Positions 51,614-59,402 of a stretch of DNA of 64,000 nucleotides are shown here, in pieces. Made by a program: the position numbers and the translations under genes. The notes below the pieces were generated by a model. That model did not search any database. It was given only the letters and a program-made list of their open reading frames with translations, and was not told the DNA's origin. This DNA is from a virus, in IMG/VR virus record IMGVR_UViG_3300001450_000028, positions 1-64,000 of that record. One strand, 5' to 3'. Every line of letters begins with the position of its first letter. The first letter of the stretch is position 1.

Positions 51614-52258
51614 ATGAGTTATGAATCTACCATAGGCATTGCAAAGGCTCACGATGGAAATGTCTCTCGTGGTTATGGTAGAATTTCAACAGGTCATCCT
51701 GCACAAGGTGCAACTCAAGGCCAATCTAGACCCATGTATCAGTATCCTGAACTAGGTGAAAACGAAGAACTTGATCCTGACATAGACATACTTGATGATC
51801 TAGATACAGACATAATTGATGCAATTCATGCTGTAACTGACACTGAACTATATACAAACCCTAATAGATCTGGTCGCGCTGACAGAGGGTCTTTGACAGG
51901 TAGAAACATGGCAATGGAAGGTATGTCAGAAGAGTTTGAACATACAACTACTGCTGTTAGGGGTTTGTCGCCTAGAATAACTTATCGTCAAAAAGGTCCA
52001 ACAGGTACAGTACCTAGAAACAATAAAGGACCAGCATTTGGTGCTCAATCAACAGCACAGTATATTCGAAGCGCTCCTGGTAGAAAAGGAGGCACTCATT
52101 TTGGTACTGCTAGAGCTCCACTTCCTAGACATGACGAATATGATGAAAACATATTTTCTCTAATGGATTTAAAAGATCCAATGGAGCGATCTTTTTTAAA
52201 TCAGCAAAAAAGAGTCAACAAAATTAAAAACATGGTCAATTTAATTGAAAAAGAATAA
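51614..52258 (+). CDS. Hypothetical head-module protein
   Basis: ORF in the head operon, immediately upstream of the scaffold gene. Confidence 0.6.
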   Translation: MSYESTIGIAKAHDGNVSRGYGRISTGHPAQGATQGQSRPMYQYPELGENEELDPDIDILDDLDTDIIDAIHAVTDTELYTNPNRSGRADRGSLTGRNMAMEGMSEEFEHTTTAVRGLSPRITYRQKGPTGTVPRNNKGPAFGAQSTAQYIRSAPGRKGGTHFGTARAPLPRHDEYDENIFSLMDLKDPMERSFLNQQKRVNKIKNMVNLIEKE

Positions 52259-52286
52259 TTAAAAAGAACATTAGCAAAAAACAGCT

Positions 52287-52293
52287 ATATTTA
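52287..52293 (+). promoter_or_regulatory. Putative late promoter ATAnTTA (ATATTTA)
   Basis: Intergenic, before GAGG and ATG 52314. Confidence 0.55.
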
Positions 52294-52313
52294 TTAAGTT
52301 TAAGAGGTAATCA

Positions 52314-53765
52314 ATGTCAAACAAAATTTTTGAAGAAGCGATTGCGGATGCAAAAAAACTAAGAGAAGTTGCAGAAGAAAATGCTAAAAAAGCAATTCTT
52401 GAAGCAGTTACTCCAAAAATTAGAGAATTTATAGAGTCTGAGCTTATTGAAGGCAAAGAGGAAGAAATCGAAGAAGATGCAGAAGAACTAGATGAAGGTT
52501 CTGATGTTGAAGAAGAGATTACCCTTGATGAGGTTTCACTTAAAAAGCTATCTACTCTACTCGGTGTTGATATTACAAGCCAACTTGCAGATAAAAATAC
52601 AAAATCTGCAATATCAGAATCAACAAGAGACGCTTTCGACATGTTAGACGAAAGACAGAAGAAAGACCTTAAGAAATTGGCAAATAAAATTAACAGTAGA
52701 AAAAGAACTTTGTCTTCTGCTACCATAAATAATAAAGAATCGAATTTAAAGGAGAATTCACCAATGAAAGATAAGTACTATGAAGTAGATCTCAAGGCTC
52801 TAAGAGAAGCTGTTGAGGCAGAACTTTCAGAAACCCTCTATGAAGATGAAGGTGCTGATGAAGGTTCTGATCATGATGTTGAAGAGGCGAGTCTTGAAGA
52901 AATGCTTCAGGAGCTAAGACTTGTCTTGGATTTAGGCGAAGATATTGAAGAAGACCAAATCCCTGAAGAACTTCGCGGAATGCTAGAAGACGACGACGAA
53001 GATGAAGAAGAAGTCGAACTAGCTGACGATGATGCAGAAGAAGCCGAAGAAGCCGAAGAAGAAGGCGAAGGTGAAGAAGATGCAGAAGCAGAAGTTGATT
53101 TTCAAGCACTCGCTGAAATGATGTATGAAGAAGAAGATGCAGATGAGATGGTGGAAGTCGATGAAGCCGTTCTCGCTGAAGAAATTCTTCGAATTAGAAA
53201 AATGGTCCGCGAAGGGAAAATGGATCACCAGTTTGGTGGCAAAGGCGAAGGTAAAGCCGGCGTCGCAGGATCCTTTGGCGGAAAAGGCACCGGAAAAGCC
53301 GGTGTCAAAAAAGCTTTTGGTGGTGGATCAGAAGGACAAGATGTCTTTACCAACCCACCTACCTTAAACAAACTAGCGGAGGCATTCCGCACAGAGCGCC
53401 GCAAAAATCGTGCGCTTGATGAGAAACTGAAGAAATACAGAAGTGCTGTTGATACTCTTCGTGAACAGTTGGAAGATCTCAATCTTTTTAATGCCAAGTT
53501 GCTTTACGTTAATAAGCTTCTTCAGAATAAGAACCTTAACGAGTCTGAAAAGAAATCCGTTATCAAGGCGCTTGACGAAGCTAACAGTCTTAGAGAGGCT
53601 AAGTCATTGTACAAGTCTCTAACCGAGACATTTACTCGTGGTGGAAAAAAGACTCTTGCTGAGTCAAGAAGCCGTGGGTCTTCATCCAGACCAACAACCT
53701 CTTCAGCACCTAAGGGCGGAGCTCCCGAACTTGACCGCTGGCAGAGACTTGCAGGTCTAAAATAA
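52314..53765 (+). CDS. Prohead core scaffold protein (gp22 analogue)
   Basis: Very acidic coiled coil directly upstream of the MCP; EAIADAK.LREVAEENAK; NLFNAKLLYVNKL; ends RWQRLAGLK. Confidence 0.8.
   Translation: MSNKIFEEAIADAKKLREVAEENAKKAILEAVTPKIREFIESELIEGKEEEIEEDAEELDEGSDVEEEITLDEVSLKKLSTLLGVDITSQLADKNTKSAISESTRDAFDMLDERQKKDLKKLANKINSRKRTLSSATINNKESNLKENSPMKDKYYEVDLKALREAVEAELSETLYEDEGADEGSDHDVEEASLEEMLQELRLVLDLGEDIEEDQIPEELRGMLEDDDEDEEEVELADDDAEEAEEAEEEGEGEEDAEAEVDFQALAEMMYEEEDADEMVEVDEAVLAEEILRIRKMVREGKMDHQFGGKGEGKAGVAGSFGGKGTGKAGVKKAFGGGSEGQDVFTNPPTLNKLAEAFRTERRKNRALDEKLKKYRSAVDTLREQLEDLNLFNAKLLYVNKLLQNKNLNESEKKSVIKALDEANSLREAKSLYKSLTETFTRGGKKTLAESRSRGSSSRPTTSSAPKGGAPELDRWQRLAGLK
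53232..53330 (+). repeat. Intragenic ~42-bp degenerate tandem repeat (FGGKGxGKAGV x2 + FGG)
   Basis: FGGKGEGKAGVAGS / FGGKGTGKAGVKKA / FGGG within the scaffold. Confidence 0.7.
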
Positions 53766-53815
53766 ACTGTTCACAAATATAAACGACATAATTTAAATTA
53801 TAAAGGAGTTAAAAC

Positions 53816-55747
53816 ATGTCACGTTCATTCACTTTAAATCAGCTTACTGAAGGCATTCGCGACCGCGATATTGGCGCCGAAAGTAACAGACTGATGGAGA
53901 AGTGGACCCGCACAGGTCTGCTTCGTGGTCTCGCCGACACAGGTCGCGAAACCATGTCACGCCTTCTCGAAAACCAGGCAGCCCAGGTTCTTCGCGAAGC
54001 AAACGTTCTTGGTTCAGGCGGAAGCGCTGGTGCCATCGACGGTTTCTCAAACATTGCATTCCCGATTGTTCGTAGAGTTTTCGGCGGTTTAGTTGCAAAC
54101 GAACTCGTTTCAATTCAGCCAATGAGCCTTCCTTCTGGTCTGCTCTTCTACCTCGACTACACCTACGGCTCAGACGTTGGTGGTGACGATACGCTCGCTG
54201 CTTCACCTGATCTTGCTGGTACAGATGCTACCTTCAACAAAGGCGACTCACTCTACAACAACCCAGCAGGTAAGTCAATTCGTACAGGTTCTGATGCGGT
54301 CGGTGGTCAGTACGACCTCGTCGGTTCATCATACTCGCGCGTTCATAAGGGTGTTGTATTAAAAGCTGCAGAAGACGTCTTCAACGGCGCTTTTGGTGGT
54401 GCTTCAGCTCAGTCATGGACTGCAGGTTCTACATCTGTTAACGTTACAACAAGCGGTTCAGACGGAAAACTACTTCAGTTTGACCCTCAGGTTGTTCAGC
54501 ACATTACAGACGGCACATTCGGGTATCAGTTCTTAGTCATGTCAGCTTCAAAGCTTATTGATTCAACAAGTACATACAGAGTAGATTCTACTGCTATTAA
54601 GTCAATTGCTCTATTCTCTGATGCAGGCATTACAGGATATACAGTTCCTGGTTCTGATATGCAGGGTGGAAGTGGCATTCTTAACGTTCGTCGCTTAAAC
54701 CAGCTCGGTACAATGTCTGGTGCACCTAGCAATGTTTCATTCACACCAAACCCTCTTGTCGGTGTTTCAGCCACTGATTTAAGTTCAGGTGTGCTTTTTG
54801 TCATGCAGGGCGCTGCTGCTGACCTTGAAAACGTTTCAACCGCTCTTAATCTCACAGCTTCTTTTGCTGTAGGTGATCAGGTTGAAGCTGCTGGTGGCAC
54901 CGGTGGAACACTTACCATTCCGACCTTCGAGTCAGATTTTGGTTCTTCACCACAGCCTGTCATCCCTGAAATTGACATCAAGATTGAGTCAATTGCTGTT
55001 ACAGCTACCACACGTAAGCTCCGTGCTCGTTGGTCTCCGGAACTCGCACAGGATCTTAACGCTTACCACAGCATGGACGCCGAGGTTGAGCTTACTCAGA
55101 TCCTTTCAGAGCAGATTGCTCTTGAAATCGACCGCGAGATCCTTAACGACCTGCTCGTCGAAGCTCGTGGTGCTAACTTCTACTGGAGCAGAAGCCCCGG
55201 TAAGTTCGTTAACAAGCGCTCTGGTGCTGCTGTTCAGCTTGCTTCAACACTCGCAACCGGTCCCCAGTTCACTGGTACCGTCCGCGAATGGTACGAGACT
55301 CTTGTCGAGACCATTATTGATGTTGCTAACGAGATCCACAGAAAGACCCTTCGCGGTTCAGCTAACTTCCTCGTGTGTTCACCTGAAGTTGCTACAATCT
55401 TCGAAGCTTCTGTCCTCTACAAGCCTTCAATCAAGATTGACGGTCAAGGCCAGGTCGGTGCAGAGTTCACACTCGGTGCTGCTTCAATCGGTAGCTTAAG
55501 CAACCGATTCACAGTCTACAAGGACCCATACTTCCCACGCAACAAGATTCTTGTTGGTTACAAGGGAGGTTCATACCTTGAGACCGGTTACGTTTACGCT
55601 CCGTACGTTCCGCTAATTGTCACTCCGACAATCTTCGCGCCTGAAGACTTCACACCCCGCAAGGGCGTGATGACTCGTTACGGCAAGAAGATGGTTCGCG
55701 CTGACTTCTACGGTACAATTACCTGCCTCGACATGGACATTATCTGA
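53816..55747 (+). CDS. gp23: Major capsid protein (T4 gp23-like) with large insertion
   Basis: KW..TGLL, LLENQ, FPIVRRVF...ANELVSIQPM..PSGL.FYL, TRKLRARWSPELAQDL.A.H..DAE.EL, EIDREI, and YAPYVPL...FTPRKGVMTRY. Strong AAGGAG RBS and high-expression codon bias. Confidence 0.97.
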   Translation: MSRSFTLNQLTEGIRDRDIGAESNRLMEKWTRTGLLRGLADTGRETMSRLLENQAAQVLREANVLGSGGSAGAIDGFSNIAFPIVRRVFGGLVANELVSIQPMSLPSGLLFYLDYTYGSDVGGDDTLAASPDLAGTDATFNKGDSLYNNPAGKSIRTGSDAVGGQYDLVGSSYSRVHKGVVLKAAEDVFNGAFGGASAQSWTAGSTSVNVTTSGSDGKLLQFDPQVVQHITDGTFGYQFLVMSASKLIDSTSTYRVDSTAIKSIALFSDAGITGYTVPGSDMQGGSGILNVRRLNQLGTMSGAPSNVSFTPNPLVGVSATDLSSGVLFVMQGAAADLENVSTALNLTASFAVGDQVEAAGGTGGTLTIPTFESDFGSSPQPVIPEIDIKIESIAVTATTRKLRARWSPELAQDLNAYHSMDAEVELTQILSEQIALEIDREILNDLLVEARGANFYWSRSPGKFVNKRSGAAVQLASTLATGPQFTGTVREWYETLVETIIDVANEIHRKTLRGSANFLVCSPEVATIFEASVLYKPSIKIDGQGQVGAEFTLGAASIGSLSNRFTVYKDPYFPRNKILVGYKGGSYLETGYVYAPYVPLIVTPTIFAPEDFTPRKGVMTRYGKKMVRADFYGTITCLDMDII

Positions 55748-55769
55748 TCTTTAATTAGATAATGTCTTT

Positions 55770-55797
55770 AAAGGCACCCTTCGGGGTGCCTTTTTTG
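55770..55797 (+). terminator. Rho-independent terminator with C(UUCG)G tetraloop
   Basis: aaaggcaccc-ttcg-gggtgccttt followed by a T-run, right after the MCP gene. Confidence 0.92.
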
Positions 55798-55853
55798 TTT
55801 TTCACTTATAATTTTTAAAATAGTTTTCTATAATAAGAAAATAAGGAGCTTAA

Positions 55854-56114
55854 ATGCTAATTGACGAAAATGATATGGAAAAAGAACCCTCAGGCCAAGG
55901 TGAGATTGTCGGTATTGCAATGATACCACCCGGAGAAATGGATCCGGATGAAGGATTAAGACTTCAACTGCTTATGCTTTCAAAAGAAATTCTTTTAGGA
56001 AAAGCAGCAATGCGTTGGGAAACACACAAGCAGTACGCAGACGTTGAAGTTGGCGAAATTATAAACGAAGCTCAAAGAATGTTTGAGTTTGTCAAGGGCC
56101 CTAATGAAAGTTAA
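55854..56114 (+). CDS. Hypothetical protein
   Basis: AAGGAG RBS; TATAAT at 55829-34 upstream. Confidence 0.65.
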   Translation: MLIDENDMEKEPSGQGEIVGIAMIPPGEMDPDEGLRLQLLMLSKEILLGKAAMRWETHKQYADVEVGEIINEAQRMFEFVKGPNES

Positions 56115-56532
56115 TTTTAAAAAGCTGCACCCGAATGCCAAAACACCTCACTACTCTTTAGAAGGTGATGCATGTTTAGACTTATATGCAGCGTGGCAAA
56201 AAATAGATGATTTAGGTAACCGAGTATACGGTACAGGAATTGCAATGGAAATACCTAGAGGTCATGTAGGATTATTGTTTCCAAGAAGCTCTATATCAAA
56301 AACAAATTTAAGCTTAAGAAACAGCGTCGGTGTGATTGATAGCAATTATCGAGGCGAGATAATGTTAAAGTTTCTTGATTTAGAAGAGATGGGTGACCTA
56401 CCAGGGTATCTCCCGGGCAATAAAATCGGCCAGATCATGATAATTGAAAGACCTGAAATTCAACTTGGAGAAGTAGCAAAGCTTTCAGATTCTGTGCGCG
56501 GTGAAGGCGGCTTTGGGTCTACAGGAAGTTAA
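56104..56532 (+). CDS. dut: dUTPase (trimeric)
   Basis: DACLDL, FPRSSIS, GVIDSNYRGEI, KIGQ, RGEGGFGSTG; ATG 56104 preferred as start. Confidence 0.93.
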   Translation: MKVNFKKLHPNAKTPHYSLEGDACLDLYAAWQKIDDLGNRVYGTGIAMEIPRGHVGLLFPRSSISKTNLSLRNSVGVIDSNYRGEIMLKFLDLEEMGDLPGYLPGNKIGQIMIIERPEIQLGEVAKLSDSVRGEGGFGSTGS

Positions 56533-56848
56533 GCCAGGCATACCTTGACCGATTATCTAAATACGTCATGTCTTTTTGCATTGCGTATGCTTCTTTTTCA
56601 AAAGGAATATCGTAATATGCCTGATCTTTATCTCTGTTCTTGACAAAGCTCTTGAGCCAATAAAAGCCGTAAAGTATATAAAAACCTACAACCAATAACT
56701 CCACCTGTTGACGCAGGTGGATTTTTTCATGGTTGATTGTGACTTCGTTTCCTTCATCTCTAATAAACACAAAAGGCCATAGTGCTATTGCATAAACATC
56801 TATGACAATTGATGCCCACTTAGGAACTTTGCTGTTTTTTATAATCAT
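56519..56848 (-). CDS. Small zincin-like HExxH protein (only convincing minus-strand gene)
   Basis: AIALWPFVFIR....TINHEKIHLRQQ.E...Y..IPFEKEAY; GGAG RBS on the minus strand. Confidence 0.75.
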   Translation of the reverse strand: MIIKNSKVPKWASIVIDVYAIALWPFVFIRDEGNEVTINHEKIHLRQQVELLVVGFYILYGFYWLKSFVKNRDKDQAYYDIPFEKEAYAMQKDMTYLDNRSRYAWLNFL

Positions 56849-56878
56849 TTTAACTCCAGAAAATTAGTAATCAACATT

Positions 56879-56885
56879 ATACTTA
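56879..56885 (+). promoter_or_regulatory. Putative late promoter ATAnTTA (ATACTTA)
   Basis: Upstream of GGAGG and ATG 56918. Confidence 0.5.
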
Positions 56886-56917
56886 TACACGAGTCATTCA
56901 TTTTATTGGAGGAACAG

Positions 56918-57133
56918 ATGGCAAGAAAAAGTACAAGTACAGCATCCGGTGCTGCAAAAGCACCAGAGTGCTGCGCAAAATGTGAAAAAGATATTGCAGA
57001 ACTTAGAAAAGAAATTGCAGCTTTAAAGGCTGCAATTGCAAAGAGATCTACAGACGGCGCTGACCCACGTGTTAATAAAATACTAGAAGCACTTGTAAAA
57101 TACAGCTCAAAATTTAAAAGTTTGCTTTCTTAG
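56918..57133 (+). CDS. Small coiled-coil hypothetical protein
   Basis: GGAGG RBS before ATG 56918; CCAKC followed by a heptad repeat. Confidence 0.65.
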   Translation: MARKSTSTASGAAKAPECCAKCEKDIAELRKEIAALKAAIAKRSTDGADPRVNKILEALVKYSSKFKSLLS

Positions 57134-57142
57134 GTCATATAT

Positions 57143-57200
57143 AGATCAGGCCCAACACAAGCATAATTAACTGATCTCGCCAGTGTGTTGGAATCTTGCG
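57143..57200 (+). ncRNA. Candidate structured (pseudoknot) 5' leader RNA
   Basis: AGATCAG (57143-49) pairs with CTGATCT (57171-77); CCAACACA (57152-59) pairs with TGTGTTGG (57184-91). The two stems are interleaved. Confidence 0.45.
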
Positions 57201-57217
57201 AAAATAAGGAGGAAATT

Positions 57218-57775
57218 ATGCCTAAAGTAAAGTTTACAAATTCAAAAGGTTTACATCAAGAGTCGGGTACAGAGTCATTTGACCTTCAAGGCGACGGTGT
57301 TTTATTTGGTCAAAGAAATAAAATATCTGGCTCTCTTAACTTAGGAGCAACACTATCACTTAATGATTCTGGAAAAACATTCATGATCGGATCAGGTTCA
57401 GCAGGTGCATTTACAATTGAATACCCTGTTACACATACTGGATGGAACGCAAAGTTTGTAGTAGGTCAAGATGCGGTTGTTTCTAAGGGTGGCGCAAGAA
57501 CAGGTCTGGGTGCAGCAGTAACACTTTCAGGATCAGACTCAGGTGGCGGTCACGTTGTAACAGGATCTTTTATTATTACAGGAACAGATGCAGCACCAGT
57601 CGGAATTGTACAAGGAAACGGGTCAAATGTAGGTAAGATGATATTTGCTGCAGGCGGATTGGCTGCAGGTGCAAGAGCTGGTGATTACGTAGAAATTGAA
57701 GTTTTAAGAGGTACAAAAGATACTTCTGATGGATTTATGGCTGTTGTTCACGGGCATGGATACTGTAAAAATTAA
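57218..57775 (+). CDS. Putative capsid decoration / fibre-like protein (Gly-rich beta)
   Basis: AAGGAGG RBS before ATG 57218; TLSLNDSGKTFMI, TIEYP....GW..KFVV, GDYVEI; has its own terminator. Confidence 0.55.
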   Translation: MPKVKFTNSKGLHQESGTESFDLQGDGVLFGQRNKISGSLNLGATLSLNDSGKTFMIGSGSAGAFTIEYPVTHTGWNAKFVVGQDAVVSKGGARTGLGAAVTLSGSDSGGGHVVTGSFIITGTDAAPVGIVQGNGSNVGKMIFAAGGLAAGARAGDYVEIEVLRGTKDTSDGFMAVVHGHGYCKN

Positions 57776-57797
57776 ATCGTAACAATTTTTTATAATT

Positions 57798-57826
57798 AAG
57801 GTGCTCCTTGCGGGTACCTTTTTTTA
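57798..57826 (+). terminator. Rho-independent terminator
   Basis: aaggtgctc-cttgc-gggtacctt (with G-U pairs) followed by a T-run. Confidence 0.75.
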
Positions 57827-57858
57827 TTTTTTAAAAAGACTTGCAGGACATTTAATTT

Positions 57859-57865
57859 ATAATTA
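57859..57865 (+). promoter_or_regulatory. Putative late promoter ATAnTTA (ATAATTA)
   Basis: Lies after the terminator and upstream of the structured leader of the 57953 gene. Confidence 0.45.
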
Positions 57866-57952
57866 ATATAAGGTACATAGCCTTCTGTATAACTTTAAAT
57901 CGTAGCCACCTATCTATATTAGAGTGGTTTTAAAGTTCACCAGGAGTCATCT

Positions 57953-58483
57953 GTGAAGGTCCCAGCAGCCCTTTTAAAGGAGCTCATAAGCAGTATTATT
58001 GATGAAGAGATAAGAAAAGTCAAAGGGGGATACAAGGTTTACCCTAAGAAACCTCAAAAAGGTAGAAAGACTCGAAAAGCACTTTCAAAGAAAGCGATGT
58101 CTTATAAAAAGGCACTTAGTCAGCTTCGTGCTGTTGAAAGAAGCAAAGCTATGAACGAGGCTGATCCTGAAAAAGGGACAGGCAGAAAACCCAAAGGAAG
58201 TGGCCGAAGACTCTATACTGATGAAAACCCTAAGGACACTGTGCCGGTCAAGTTTAGAACAGTCGAAGATATAAGAAAAACTTTTTCGTCTTCAGCATTT
58301 AAATCAAAAGATCATAAGCGCCAATCACAGATAATTAATCTATTGCATCAAAGAGTGCGCGCTGCATATGAAAACGCAAAAGATCCAAAAACTAAAGCTA
58401 GACTTAAAAGAGCGTATGACTACGCAAAGAAAAGAAAAGAAGCTAGCAAAAAAAAGACTGAGCGATTAAAAAATAAAAAATGA
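57953..58483 (+). CDS. Highly basic putative internal head protein
   Basis: GTG start with AGGAG; N-terminus LLKELISSIIDEE; Lys/Arg-rich; KPKGSGRRLYTDENPKDT. Confidence 0.65.
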   Translation: MKVPAALLKELISSIIDEEIRKVKGGYKVYPKKPQKGRKTRKALSKKAMSYKKALSQLRAVERSKAMNEADPEKGTGRKPKGSGRRLYTDENPKDTVPVKFRTVEDIRKTFSSSAFKSKDHKRQSQIINLLHQRVRAAYENAKDPKTKARLKRAYDYAKKRKEASKKKTERLKNKK

Positions 58484-59379
58484 AAATTACAAAGATAAAA
58501 TTAAAATTACTAATAGAGGCAAATTTAGCAATTTGGGGTTTTGATCGTGTATTAGGTAGATTTTTTAAAGATACTTTTAGAAAACTAGGAGGTCAGAAAA
58601 AAGAAAATTGGCAAAACACGAGATTTATCTACTGGTTACACGCCAAACCTATTGAATCTATTCTTAAAGGAAATATTCCGGGTGAGATAGGAGTGCGTGC
58701 ATATCACAAAGATCAAATCATCAATAATCTCGGCTGGGACGCACCTTATGGTCTAGAAGTAGAAGGAAGAGTTACTTTAGCATCGATCGTTGATATTTTT
58801 TCAGGGACTTCTATGCCTCATTTTAAAGGTCCGGGTTCTTGGCCGAGTGAGAAAGAAATTGAACCTCACTTTGGAATTGACAATGTTGATTTTTTCAAAA
58901 CAAAACCAGGTCTAAAAAAATTTAGAAAATATCCTTCTTATGGAGAATATGCCTACAACCCGGAGGGTGGCCAGTTAGACATGGGTTTTATTGAAGACTT
59001 GTGGGAGGATACACCTGAAAATACTACTGAAAGTGAGCAATACGATTTCTTGCAAAGTAGAATCGCTAATAAAAGCAAAGAGGAGGTTGAGGAACTATTA
59101 TTCGACGCGAGCATAATATTAGACGACAAGCGTATCATGCCTTCAGGCGAAAGCGTCGTCGAATGGTCAAGTAAAAATAGACCTGGCAATGAGTTTTTAA
59201 TTGCAAATGCTGTTCCCGTTACTATCTGGATAAAAGAAGGTGATAGTTTTCCATCTAGTCTGCAAGATGCGGTTATAAATAGAAATTTAGAAGTAAAAAC
59301 TATTTCTTCTGGGGAGTCAAAAATAGTCGAAAGACTAGAATTAAAAAAAGTAATTCGTGAGATTTTGAAATCTTTATAA
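58480..59379 (+). CDS. Hypothetical putative internal head protein
   Basis: N-terminus MKITKIKLKLLIEA; C-terminus RLELKKVIREIL. Confidence 0.6.
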   Translation: MKITKIKLKLLIEANLAIWGFDRVLGRFFKDTFRKLGGQKKENWQNTRFIYWLHAKPIESILKGNIPGEIGVRAYHKDQIINNLGWDAPYGLEVEGRVTLASIVDIFSGTSMPHFKGPGSWPSEKEIEPHFGIDNVDFFKTKPGLKKFRKYPSYGEYAYNPEGGQLDMGFIEDLWEDTPENTTESEQYDFLQSRIANKSKEEVEELLFDASIILDDKRIMPSGESVVEWSSKNRPGNEFLIANAVPVTIWIKEGDSFPSSLQDAVINRNLEVKTISSGESKIVERLELKKVIREILKSL

Positions 59380-59402
59380 CAAAAATCAAAGGCAAAGAAA
59401 AA

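Noticed and set aside
52271-55499. Multiple overlapping ORFs (52271-, 52792-, 53225-, 53844-, 54873+ and others)
   Set aside because: They are shadow ORFs of the scaffold and MCP, caused by biased codon usage; they lack RBSs and motifs.
45136-55747. Introns, inteins or homing endonucleases in terminase, portal or MCP
   Set aside because: The ORFs are continuous with no intein (C...HN) or LAGLIDADG/HNH motifs. The MCP insertion lacks splicing motifs.
57143-57200. Assignment as a canonical HDV-like/theta ribozyme
   Set aside because: The topology is partly similar, but no P4 or catalytic C in a J4/2 context is evident. It is kept only as an unclassified structured RNA.
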